From: Eledone cirrhosa
Taxonomy: Eukaryota
Length of the DNA: 64,000 bases
Assembly: GCA_964016885.1 (NCBI GenBank)
Contig: OZ024742.1
Span: forward strand, 73,346,001-73,410,000
Direction of reading: 5' to 3'
Shown: positions 50,930 to 62,929 of the stretch, one piece after another
Position numbering within the stretch: the stretch's first letter is position 1
Layout: each line of letters starts with the position of its first letter
Made by a program: the position numbers and the translations under genes
The notes under the pieces: model-generated
What the model saw: the letters and a program-made list of their open reading frames with translations, nothing else
The model's database searches: none
Told to the model about the DNA's origin: nothing

Positions 50930-51315
50930 GTCTCTCTCTCCAAGTCTGGTTGTTCAACTCTGCCGCCAAGACAATCTGGTAGAGTCCATTTCTCTCTCTC
51001 TCACTCCAAATCAATCTGGTAGAGTTCATCTCTCTCCCTCACTCACTCTAAGTCAATCTGGTAGAGTCCATCCCTCTCTCTCTCTCACTCCCTCTAAGAC
51101 AATCTGGTAGAGTCCATTTGTCTCTCTCTCTCTCTCCCTCCAAATCAATCTGGTAGAGTCCATCTCTTGCTCTCTCTCTTTCACTTCAAATCAATCTGGT
51201 AGAGTCCATCTCTCTCGCCAACTTAGTTTGGTACAGTCCAAATTTTTCTCTCCAAATCAGTCTGGTTGAATCCATCTGTCTTTCTCTGCATTGGTCTGAT
51301 AGAGTCCATTTCTTT
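50930..51315. repeat. Compound minisatellite AATCTGGTAGAGTCCAT(CT)n, ~9 units
   Basis: Fixed 17-nt block alternating with variable (CT)n. Confidence 0.85.
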
Positions 51316-52635
51316 CTAAGTTATCGCTAAAAAAGGAGTTTAATAGGTGACCTTGCTAGTGCAAATACAAAACATGGCTCCTGTTGCTTACAATAGTGAA
51401 CTGTATCCCTTTACAGCCAGATGGACTGAGTTATTGAAAGACCAGAGAGAAATCTGCTGTTTTATGTCAAATGAGGAACTGTACCATAAAACTGGTTTCG
51501 GTTGTGTAGTCCTTATGGCTCGAGTAGTTAGGACATGAACTAAGAATAAACTTGGACAGAATATCAATAGTAAGCATTAAGAGGGACACTATCAAGAAAA
51601 CAAGAGCCTAAGAGACCAAAGAACACCAAGTGTAAAATAGTTGGAGGCAGGTTAAAAGAAATACAGATTGCATAGAACAAAGCACAAAGATTTGCTAAAG
51701 ACTGATATGAATTGTGTTGAAATGCTAAAGTGTTATTTCTTGAATGAGTGGAAGAATATTAATAATAATAACAATAATAATAATGATAATAATAATATGA
51801 TAGAGAAGAGACAGTATCAATGATGTCATATGTTTCGTCACCTCTTTGACTTTATAGTTTGGTTGTTGTAACCTTCCTAGTGTCATGAACTGTGTCCATA
51901 GGCAACTAGCTATCACTCCAAGACTACTCACAAATTATCTAGACAAGACTAATTTAGATGTTTCCCTCATCAACTTTACCAATTTCCCCCCTCCTCTCCC
52001 TCCATCTCACTGTCTCTTTTAGGTACTACAATAACAAACAAGACTTTCTCAGAACAGTTACATCAATACATTATTATTTCCTTTGATCTCTGCTACTTTT
52101 AATGGACATTTACTGTCAGTCAGCTCTATTTGTGTTGTTTCTCGGAATTTTATTCATGGCAATGGCCTACAACTAAAATAGTTTGGGAAAAATCTGGATT
52201 TTTTTTCCAGTGTAAATCTGTTTTTAGAGAGCCATTATAATATGAAAAAGGAAAAATAATTATAAACTAGTGCAACTAATAAAAATAGATACAACTGTAT
52301 TTTATGCCAGTTTTTAAACAGCAACATCAATGATAACAACAATACATCAAGATGAAATTTCTTTAACTGAACACCTTAAGTGTATCTCAAATAGAAACAT
52401 AGATTTTTAGGAGAAAAAAATGTCTAAAAGAAATAATTAGAAAGTGTCTCATACATAGAACTTTAATTACTCTTAGAATTTGGGATAAATACGAACAGTA
52501 CACTATATAGTGGTTAAAGTTAGGAAGAGCATCAAGCAGTAAAAGTCACAGCATTTATGCTTTCCCATAGATGTTAATGATTATACATATATATATATAT
52601 ATACATATATATGTATATCATCATCATCATCATCA

Positions 52636-53597
52636 TTTTACGTCCGCTCTTCCCTGCTTGCAAGGGTGGGACGGGTCTTATTCAGCACAGCATCTCTCCA
52701 CTTGTCACGGTCCTTCGTCATCTCCACCGTGAGCTTCAGCGATTCGAGGTCTGTTCTCACCACCTCCGCCCATGTTTTTTGTGGTCTACCTCTACCACGT
52801 CTTCCTTCAACTGGTATTTCCTGGCACTTCTTCACCCATCAGTCATCCTCCACACGCATCACATGTCCATACCACCTCAGTCTCCTCTCCCGTACACTAC
52901 ATTCTATCCCTCTCAGACACAGTTTCTCTCTCAACACATTCATGCTGGGCCGTTCACGCACATTGACACTGCTCATCCAACGGAGCATGCTTGCCTCATT
53001 TCTCTCCAACCGTCGCATATCCTCTGCAGTTGCTGCCCATGTCTCACTACCATGCAACATCGCGCTCCTCACACAGGCATCATATAACCGGCCTTTCGTA
53101 CGCAGGGAGAAACCCTTCTTTGTCAGCAGAGGAAGAAGCTCCTAAAATTCTTTCAACCCGTCCTTATTCTAGATACTATGGCCTCGGAACACCCCCCTCC
53201 CATGTTAATCTGATCTCCTAGGTACCGGAAGCTATCCACCATTTCTATAGCACCCGCCTGCATTTGAATGCATTTGAATGCATTTGAATGCGACTTCTAC
53301 TGTCTAATTTCCCTGTACATCTACTGCATACATATTTCTCCCTATCTGTTATCCCGCTATATCTCTTGTGTACCCAGGATCTGCATTGTGTGCATTTTAT
53401 AGAATTTATCTCAGTTCCTTTTCTGCATATCAAACATGGCCATTTCCCTGACGGAATCAGAGTTTAGTCCTCTTTTCTACTCATCAACACTTTTGTCTTA
53501 GCTAGGTTCACTCTCAGTCCTCTTGCTTCCAACTGCTGTTTCCATAGCCAGAATTTATTCTCTAGCTCCTCTACTGATTCTGCTCTAAGAACCAGAT
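52636..53597 (-). mobile_element. RTE subfamily B 3' fragment
   Basis: Closely matches 29507-30480. Confidence 0.95.
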
Positions 53598-53619
53598 GTA
53601 TATATATATGTATGTATAT

Positions 53620-53932
53620 GGAGGCATATGGCTTAGTGGTTAGAGCATTGGCCTTGCAATCAAAAGGTTGTGAGTTCAATTCTCAGACCGAGTGATGTGT
53701 TGTTTCCTTGAGCAAGACACTTTATTTCACATTGCTCCAGTTTACTCAGCTGTAGAAATGAGATGATAGGGACTGGGGTCCCTATCATTCCACTGCCACG
53801 GAAAAAAAGCACTCAGCACTCACTGTAAATGAGGTTGGTGTTAGGAAGGGCATCCAGCTGTAGAAATCAAGCCAGAATCAGTTGCCGTCCCTCCCTTGCA
53901 AGCAGGGAAAAGCAGACGTAAAATGATGATGA
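53620..53932 (+). mobile_element. Full-length tRNA-head/CORE SINE with RTE tail
   Basis: A/B boxes, CCTTGAGCAAGACACTT core, tail CCTTGCAAGCAGGGAAAAGCAGACGTAAAATGATGAT. Confidence 0.9.
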
Positions 53933-53940
53933 TATATATA

Positions 53941-54640
53941 TCATCATCGTTTAACGTTTATCTTCCACGCTAGCATGGGTTTAGATGGGAATTGTCCCAC
54001 TTGAGGCAAGATTGGTCGGATGACCGTGTCTCGCATGTATAGGACTGTCTGGCAGGTTTTCTACGGCTGCATGCCCTTCCTAACACCAACCACATTTACA
54101 GTGTGGACTGGGAGGTTTTTACCGTGTTACCTACATCGCCACATTACAGCGTGGACTGTGTTTTTTTGTCATGACACCTACACAATCTCATTTATTTTGG
54201 ACTGGATGTGTGGTACCGACATCATTTTACAGAGAAAGGGTGGTATTGGTGGGAGTGGGGGGATGGAGTAGGGGTAATGGGATTACCTACTGACTGTAGG
54301 TTTCGGTTTGTAGAGAGGCAAGACGGTCTTCTGTATTACTGCATAGCGCTAAAGATCTCGGTCCAGTGACATTGTCTCAGAGAGGTGCAAGTGCGTAAGG
54401 TCGAAATTTATCAAATCCCCCCAGGTTTTTCTGGGTCTACCTACTCCGTAACTTCCATCAATTTTGATCGCCCTGCACTTTTTTATACAGCTGTCGTCTT
54501 TCATGCGCATCACGTGGCCATACCAACGCAGTCTTCTCTCAAGTAAACAGCATCTGATCCCTCTTATTCCTAATTTCTCACTTAGTTCATTTATGTTTTG
54601 CCGTTCACATATATTACTATTACACATCCAATGGAGCATA
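53941..54640 (-). mobile_element. RTE subfamily A-like 3' fragment
   Basis: ORF 54349-54639 plus 3' UTR. Confidence 0.92.
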
Positions 54641-54652
54641 TATTTATATATC

Positions 54653-54698
<46 letters not shown>

Positions 54699-54992
54699 TA
54701 TATGTATATATCATAAAACATGTCTTTAGACTCACTAGATATAATATATACCATTTCCTCTCCCAATTAGCATAATTAACCATATAAAAAATCAATTAGA
54801 CCAAGCTATAAGAATAAAGGCTCCTATGAAGAAATCTCCGACAAATAACCGAAAGTAGCCCCTTCACGGTGGCCACGATAGAGTATTTATCTAACATTTC
54901 GACAGCATGTAAAAATCGACCAGATATACAGTCAACTAAACACAATTAGGTGTAAAATTGAACTTAGAAGAAATGTGTACATACCTAATTAC

Positions 54993-55066
54993 CTCTACCA
55001 TGGTTTCATCCGTATTTTAAGACATCGGATAACAGGGAATGTCTAGAGCTTGGGAATCATCAGGAG
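54993..55066 (-). ncRNA. Hammerhead ribozyme motif
   Basis: ctc-CUGAUGA-long stem II-GAAAC CAUG GUA-gag; palindromic stem III ACCAUGGU. Confidence 0.75.
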
Positions 55067-55528
55067 TGAACTCAAAATTAGACATTTAATTTTCCAAAGT
55101 GATCGCGCCAAAAATACATTAAAAAATGGCTAAGAATCATGACGTGGCAGCGGTCAAGTTAGAAAGGATGTGATTAGTTGCTTACGGCGGGTAGGCTTAT
55201 TGCTAGAAAGCGCAGCCCAATATTGCCAAATTGTTTCTCAACCTAACGGGAGATTATTACATATAAAGGTTTACATATATATAAAGTCATAGATATATAT
55301 GTGTTTTGCAACAGGTCACGTTGTGGCTCAATGAAGAATTAATAAATTAGATAATCAGAAACAATTTGGCGGTATTGGGCTGCGCTTTCTAGCAATAAGC
55401 CTACCTGCCGTAAGCAACTAATCACATCCTTTCTAACTTGACCGCTGCCACGTCATGATTCTTAGCCATTTTTTAATGTATTTTTGGCGCGATCACTTTG
55501 GAAAATTAAATGTCTAATTTTGAGTTCA

Positions 55529-55602
55529 CTCCTGATGATTCCCAAGCTCTAGACATTCCCTGATATCCGATGTCTTAAAATACGGATGAAACCATGTTAG
55601 AG
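55529..55602 (+). ncRNA. Hammerhead ribozyme motif (inverted copy, G>T in stem III)
   Basis: ctc-CTGATGA...GAAACCATGTTA-gag. Confidence 0.65.
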
Positions 55603-56004
55603 GTAATTAGGTATGTACACATTTCTTCTAAGTTCAATTTTACACCTAATTATGTTTAGTTGACTGTATATCTGGTCGATTTTTACATGCTGTTGAAATG
55701 TTAGATAAATACTCTATCGTGGCCACCGCGAAGGGGCTACTTTCGGTTATTTGTCGGAGATTTCTTCATAGGAGCCTTTATTCTTATAGCTTGGTCTAAT
55801 TGATTTTTTATATGGTTAATTATGCTAATTGGGAGAGGAAATGGTATATATTATATCTAGTGAGTCTAAAGACATGTTTTATGATATATAGCTCTGATTA
55901 TTTAATTTATTAATTCTTCATTGAGCCACAATGTGACCTGTTGCAAAACACATATATATCTATGACTTTATATATATGTAAACCTTTATATATATATGTA
56001 TATA

Positions 56005-56036
<32 letters not shown>

Positions 56037-56037
56037 C

Positions 56038-56080
<43 letters not shown>

Positions 56081-56229
56081 GTTTTTTTTGGCTATGCGAA
56101 TGATTGTTTAACCATCGTCTCAGTGTGTTTGGCCTTTAACGTTTGTTATAGCTCTGGTTCATCTGAATCATTGAGCACTTGCCACACATCTCGGAGGTTG
56201 TTTTTCGTTATTTCGCAATTCTCGATAAT

Positions 56230-56261
56230 TTATATTTACATATATATATATATATACACAC

Positions 56262-56292
<31 letters not shown>

Positions 56293-56351
56293 CATATATA
56301 TATACATATATATATACATATATATATACATATATATATATACATATATAC

Positions 56352-56382
<31 letters not shown>

Positions 56383-56671
56383 CATATACATATATATATA
56401 CATATATATATACATATATATATATACATATATATATATACATATATATATATACATATATATATATACATATACATATATATACATATATATATACATA
56501 TATATATACATATATATATATACATATATATATATACATATATATATATACATATACATATATACATATACATATATATATATACATATATATATATATA
56601 CATATATATATATACATATACATATATATATATATACATATATATATATACATATACATATATATATATAC

Positions 56672-56702
<31 letters not shown>

Positions 56703-56781
56703 CATATATATACATATATATATACATATATATATATATACATATATATATACATATATATATACATACATATATATATAC

Positions 56782-56844
<63 letters not shown>

Positions 56845-57114
56845 CATATATATATATACATATATATATATACATATATATATATACATATATATATATA
56901 CATATATATATATACATATATATATATACATATATATATATACATATATATATATACATATATATATATATACATATATATATATACATATATATATATA
57001 TACATATATATATATACATATATATATATACATATATATATATACATATATATATATATACATTATATACATATATATATATACATATATATATATATAC
57101 ATATATATATATAC

Positions 57115-57187
<73 letters not shown>

Positions 57188-57212
57188 CATATATATATGT
57201 GTATATATATAT
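56230..57212. repeat. ~1 kb (TA)n/TACA microsatellite
   Basis: Explains the YI/IH ORFs. Confidence 0.98.
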
Positions 57213-57417
57213 TTCGTTTCTGAATTTGTTTAGCAAGATTCTTTATCTGAAATCGTGTGTTGAAACCGATATTGTTATACTTTGGGAGGGTCATGTTGCC
57301 AATAAGAAACACACGCACCAGTTGCTTTCACTTCAATTTATTATAATAAATTTATAATAAATTTATAAATTTCTGGTTGGTTGGTTGGTTCCACAACCAG
57401 ATAGTTGTTTTTATATT

Positions 57418-57460
57418 GTCATAGTTCTTTCGTCACACACTCTGTGACCTCTTCAGTGAC
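57418..57460 (-). ncRNA. Minimal hammerhead ribozyme motif (CUGAAGA)
   Basis: Reverse complement of gtca-CTGAAGA-GGTCACA...TGTGAC-GAAAGAACTA-tgac. Confidence 0.75.
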
Positions 57461-57492
57461 TGGGGATTCCTTTCTTTGCTTTTGTGCCTCTC

Positions 57493-57537
57493 TGTCACTG
57501 AAGAGGTCACAGAGTGTGTGACGAAAGAACTATGACA
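57493..57537 (+). ncRNA. Minimal hammerhead ribozyme motif (CUGAAGA)
   Basis: tgtca-CTGAAGA-GGTCACAGAGTGTGTGAC-GAAAG aa CTA-tgaca. Confidence 0.78.
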
Positions 57538-57752
57538 ATATAAAAACAACTATCTGGTTGTGGAAACAACCAACCAACCAGAAATTTATAAATTTATAAA
57601 TTTATTATAATAAATTGAAGTGAAAGCAACTGGTGCGTGTGTTTCTTATTGGCAACATGACCCTCCCTACGCCATTTTGTTTCTGTGTGTCCACAGAAAC
57701 AAAATGGCGTAGGACAGAACAATGTATATATATATATATATGTATATATATG

Positions 57753-57884
<132 letters not shown>

Positions 57885-57926
57885 ATATATATATGTATAT
57901 ATATGCAAGTATGTATATATATAATT

Positions 57927-57959
<33 letters not shown>

Positions 57960-57960
<1 letters not shown>

Positions 57961-58062
57961 CAGTTCTATGCGAGCAAGACAACCACTCTTGCCTCAAGTG
58001 GGAAAACTCCCGTCCAAACCCATGCAAGCGTGGAACATGGACGTTAAACGATGATGATGATA
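57960..58062 (+). mobile_element. RTE subfamily A terminal ~100 bp
   Basis: Matches 40368-40472. Confidence 0.85.
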
Positions 58063-58064
58063 TA

Positions 58065-59770
58065 TATAACAGCACACCTTAACCGTGGCGATTGAACCTA
58101 GCACTAGGACGGTGATTTGCTAGATGTAACCCTAGAACTGAATACAGGCATACACCGGCCTTACCACAAGCCCAACAAGAACCTGCAATATGTAAGCAGA
58201 CACTCGAACCACCCCAAGTCCATAATATACGCCATAGTAAAAAGGGTCTCCAACTGCGTATCCACTCTGTCGGCCAATGCAGATGTGTTCAACCAGCACG
58301 CTGATTATTAAAATGAGGCACTGCGCAGGACCGGTTACACAGAAGCCATAGTGTATACCCTGGACAGGGATGGGCCTAGCAGCAAGAAACGCACATATGC
58401 AGATAGTACGTCCATAGGTAGGCAGGAACACGCATCTAATACTAGAGCTAGTAATATAGGTTACGGCAGGGACATCAAACTGATACTAAGACAGAAGAAG
58501 GCACACTGGGACTCTAGGCCACATAGTACACACAGACAAAATCTCAACACAAACACAAAATGCGACGAGAGAATTAGAGATAGTGACAGAGTAAAAGCAG
58601 CACAGGAGTGGAACCAAATAGAGGGAATACCTGGATCAATAGCATAGGCATAGCCCCGACAGTAGCACCAGATAGGAATAATGGGATTACTCATAGTTCC
58701 GACACATAAGAATAGAATAATTTAGTAAGCGAATGCTTTAATCTGGACACACATGGTAGATATAAGAATGGCGGTAACATAGGGGATGAACTAACGGTTA
58801 GGCACAATCCGGGAGGGCAACCTGACCCCACACACACTACTACACACAGACACGGAATAGGACAAGGTCTAGGAATATTACATGGTTTAATGTACCGTAT
58901 TCGAAGCATGTATGAAACAATGTACCAGGCCTCTTCTTCTGAACATTGGACGAGTGCTTCCCAGCATCGAACAGGTACCACAGGATATTTAACCGCCATA
59001 CATTGAAGTTCTCCTTTTCCACCGCACCTAACATGGCAGACTATATGGCCAAAACCAATGCGGTGAATTTGGGGAAATTCGACCGCCAAATACTGCAGGC
59101 GATTGATGCTCCTGGGGGCCCAGGAAGAGCACATGGAGACAGGGCCACCAATTGCAGTGCAGACCCCACGGTAAACGATCTACCCGCAGAAGACATAATA
59201 CTCGATAACCAGGTTGCACAGAACGACAGTAAGGAGCCCACCACACTGGCAGAACAACACCCAGTGGATGTGGAGAACCCCGCAAAAAGGCCAGGACCCC
59301 GCGTAAGGAATGAGCAACATATAGCCTGAACATGCAACTGCCGAGTGGGCACACAATGCCCTCTGCAGGGCAGTTGCCTAGCAAAGGGCGTTGTCTAAAA
59401 ATGTGTGGTTAGCATGCATAACACTAAGCACACCTACATCGACGCAGCATCCACGACCTTTAAATCAAGGATGTACAATCACACGAAAACTCTTTCAAGG
59501 ACCAGAGCAAGAGACATTCCACTAGACTGGCAGACCTGATATGGGACTTGAAGGACAGCGGCACTACGTATGATTTCAACTGGAGTATCGTTCAACGTGC
59601 TAATGCATACTCGGCCAGCGAGGAGAAGTGCAGGCTGTGCCTGTCCAAGGCCATGGAGATAGTGAGATTAAAGGGTAACGCAGTCAACCTCAAATCGGAG
59701 ATCATCACGACATGCAGACATCAATGAAAGTGCACACTCTCCGCATGGGAACCGCTTGATGGCTCCAACT
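58065..59770 (+). pseudogene. Penelope-like element ORF remnant: RT C-terminus/thumb, CxC linker, GIY-YIG-type endonuclease (Hydra-clade-like)
   Basis: LDVTL...PYHKP...YV..SNHP; WFNVPYS...IFNRHTLKFSFS; CNC..CPLQGSC..GVV..YI...FKSRMYNH; WSIV; KCRLC; CRH; several stops and frameshifts. Confidence 0.88.
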
Positions 59771-60683
59771 AGAGCCATATGGGGGTGTGGCCGTCAGTCG
59801 GGGCGCGGGTCCATGGGATTTGACATTGTACCTTTGATTACTATGTATATCGTGTGGGGCATGTTGGCACACCCAATGCTGCACATTTGGTTCTGTACTT
59901 TATCTTAAATACAGCCGTCGCAACAGCCAGGACACAGCGATTTAATTTCCATGGGTATACTCAATCCCGTCTCAACCATCAATAATGCACTCTGTTTCAA
60001 CCACAGTACCCTACTCTCTTACAAGTCATTTTTGCGTATTCCTTCCATATATTTTTTTTATGTAGTGTACGTATTTTCTCTACGTATTCCTTTATGTAAT
60101 CTTTTATGTATTTTTTCATGTACATCCTCATATGTATTTATATATATTTTTTAAGTTTTGCATTGTTTCTATGAGCTTTCCATATGTAATTTTGTTTATA
60201 TGGGTTTTTTATGTGGATTATTTCACATTAACACCCTAAGCCAATTCACTCAACGTGTACATCAAAGTGTTTCTGTATATACGTATATACTGCAACGTGA
60301 GATGTTGTGTGCATTTTTTGGCGTATTCCTTATATGCATTTTTTTTGTATTTTTTATGTATTTCTTCACATACATTTTCTTTGTGTATTCCCTGATGTAC
60401 ACCATTATATGTATGTTTTTATGTACTTTCCAAGTAGTTTTGTACATTTTCTTTTCATATGTAATTTGTTTATATGTGGTTTGTACGTGGAGTATCTCAA
60501 GTTAGCACCCTAAGCCAGCCTACTCAAGGTGTATATGAGTGTGTGTCTATGTGCGTATATACTGCTATGTGTGCAAGAGTGCCCACGGGGACATGTGTCT
60601 GTAATTATATATGTGTGTGCGCGTGTGCCTATATCCGTGTGTCTGTACATGCATACATATGGGTACATATATGTGTGTGAGTG

Positions 60684-60714
<31 letters not shown>

Positions 60715-60984
60715 AAATATATATGAGTAGGCTTGGTTGTGTGCCTACGTACGCGCGGATGTATATGTGTGTGTGTATATATAGATATATATATGTATAT
60801 CTGTGGGCCCGTGTATGTGTACATGTGTGCGTATATCTGTGTATGCATGTACCTATATATGAGGGTGTGAATATATGCATGTGTACATGTGTGTGCACAT
60901 GCGTGAGTGTACGCGTGGGTATGTGTGTGCATGTCCGCACAGATAAGTGTGTGATTAGGAGCTCGGAATGTCTGGCTGTGAGCA

Positions 60985-61019
<35 letters not shown>

Positions 61020-61020
<1 letters not shown>

Positions 61021-61507
61021 GGGATACGGGCAAGCTAGGGACAGGCAAGGCAGATGAGAAGCCCCATGCCCACGTAGCAGTAATTCTGGCAAGTGACAGT
61101 AATTAAGGTGAGTGACAGCTGACGCCTGAATGGAAATGGTCAGTGGGCGGTTTTGAATTGTCAAACATACAGATGACGCCTCAAACTCTTGACCAATCGA
61201 TAGGCCACGCAAATAGGAGGATAGCAGATGAAAGAAATTCTAAGGGTCGGAGTCCAACAGACAGAGGATTTGCTTTGAAGTCGCTAGATGTATCTGAGGA
61301 GCTTGCGAATCCAGAGTCGGGCTCAATCCATAAATAGATCGCACCTCAAGCTGTTCGCCAGAGAAACAATTGTAATACGTTAATAAATTGTGTTTCGATA
61401 CATCACTGATTCTTCGTTTTCCATATTATTATACTCTGCTCCGAAGGAGCATAGAGTGCTCAACCGGCATACCGCCTATGGAAACATCCAAGCAACCTTA
61501 CCACAAA
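61020..61507 (+). mobile_element. Probable 3' pseudo-LTR of the PLE
   Basis: Same strand, downstream of the ORF; contains a hammerhead, AATAAA and AGAGTGCTCA; ends at (TA)n. Confidence 0.65.
61290..61378 (+). ncRNA. Hammerhead ribozyme motif in the PLE pseudo-LTR
   Basis: gtat-CUGAGGA-long stem II-GAAAC AAUU GUA-atac; palindromic stem III ACAAUUGU. Confidence 0.72.
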
Positions 61508-61518
61508 TATATATATAA

Positions 61519-61805
61519 AGCACATGGTTTAGTGGTTAGAGTATAGGGCTTACAATTGTGAGGTTGTGAGTTTGATTCCCAGACTAGGAAGTGCACTGTA
61601 TCTTTAAGCAAGACAGTTTATTTCACGTTGCTCCAGTTCACTCAGTTGGAAAAAAGTTAGTTACCGTTTCCTTGGACAATATTGGTGATATAGAGAGGCA
61701 AAACTGGTATGTATGGGCGACTGTTAGTCATCCAGAGTTTTGTGATTCAGAGGGGCACTTTCTTGGTGCCAAATCCAAGGTCATTCATAATTGAAGGGGT
61801 CTTTA
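61519..61805 (+). mobile_element. tRNA/CORE-like SINE, long variant
   Basis: Homologous to 3750-4075. Confidence 0.72.
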
Positions 61806-62929
61806 TCCTATATACATATATATATTAAGATAAAGATGACAGTGGTGGCAGCGGCGCGACATTAGCACCGATGATAACAACAACTACCACCACCACCACC
61901 ACCACCTTGTATGCTCTGTTTTAGGTTCCCAAATTCCACTTACAAGGTCGGTCAACCCAAGGATATAGTAGAATGCAACCAGGGGCCACTAGGGTAGTAA
62001 AGCAAACCTCTTTACCTCAGGGTCATACCTACAGATATATACATTGAAATATGTGTAAATATAACATTGATATGTAAGTGATATACAGGACCTCACACCC
62101 ATCTGAGAGATTAGTAACTCCAACTAAGTATTAACTGGATCTGTGATGACCTGTCCAACACTTACTAACAGAGAAAAACGGATGTTAAATGATATATACA
62201 CAATAATATCCTTACTATTTTTTGCTCTGTATATACATGCACATATACACACTATTTTATTTGGGAGTTCAAACTTTCAAATATATTTATTCATATAACA
62301 TATATACACACACACACATACATGCATGTATGTGTTCGTGTGTGTATGCATACACACACACATACATACATGCATTCATACACACATACAAATATATTTC
62401 ATGTCTTCTTTCCAAGTAGAACATTATCACTGTCAGTCTAGTTACAATCTTGCTTAGTTTTCAGTCAAAGACTTAATGGAATATTCCTCATCTCCAGAAC
62501 CTTCTGAACTAACCAGCTTTAGAACAAGTCATTCACTGATCGAGGGATCAAATCACTTGACAGGCAGCTGTCACATACAATATGGTATTTGATCCTCATT
62601 GCATTATCTTCTTGCTCAATTCCTCTGATGAAGGTCAGATTTTCTCTGGACACTCTCTCTATCACATCTCCACAAACAAATCTAAAGCTTCTCTCTAGTT
62701 TAGAAGACTAGAAGATGAAGTAAGACAATAAGGGAAAAGGACAGCCTGCATATTGTCTATATTGCTATATTGGTGTTCACTCCAAACAAAACATTTGAAA
62801 TCTTTTTCTGAAACTATAATATTTATTAACACTTTCATGACAAAACTGCTTGAAAGTTGTTCGTTTTAAAGTGTTTATATTTATTTAAAAACAACCTCCC
62901 ATCATAATTTAATGTAAGGAACTATGTTA

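Larger units (their letters stand above)
54706..55990. mobile_element. Complex A-B-A'-B' inverted structure with two hammerheads (putative PLE pseudo-LTR pair)
   Basis: 54706-55237 vs 55358-55890 (~530 bp); 55263-55360 vs 55893-55990; flanked by (TA)n. Confidence 0.9.
57213..57724. mobile_element. Inverted pair of the 34754-family element plus small terminal hairpin
   Basis: ~57284-57460 vs 57494-57667; hairpin CTACGCCATTTTGTTTCTGTG / CACAGAAACAAAATGGCGTAG at 57667-57712. Confidence 0.88.

Noticed and set aside
50930-51315. Repeat-spacer array
   Set aside because: The variable parts are (CT)n length variants, not unique spacers.
53625-53700. tRNA gene
   Set aside because: A/B boxes run directly into a SINE body; no acceptor stem.
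56123-57357. Long 280-390 aa ORFs
   Set aside because: Translations of (TA)n/TACA microsatellite.
58910-59730. In-frame TGA codons in the PLE as selenocysteine
   Set aside because: They are not at conserved Cys positions and fit CGA>TGA decay; TAA stops and frameshifts are also present.
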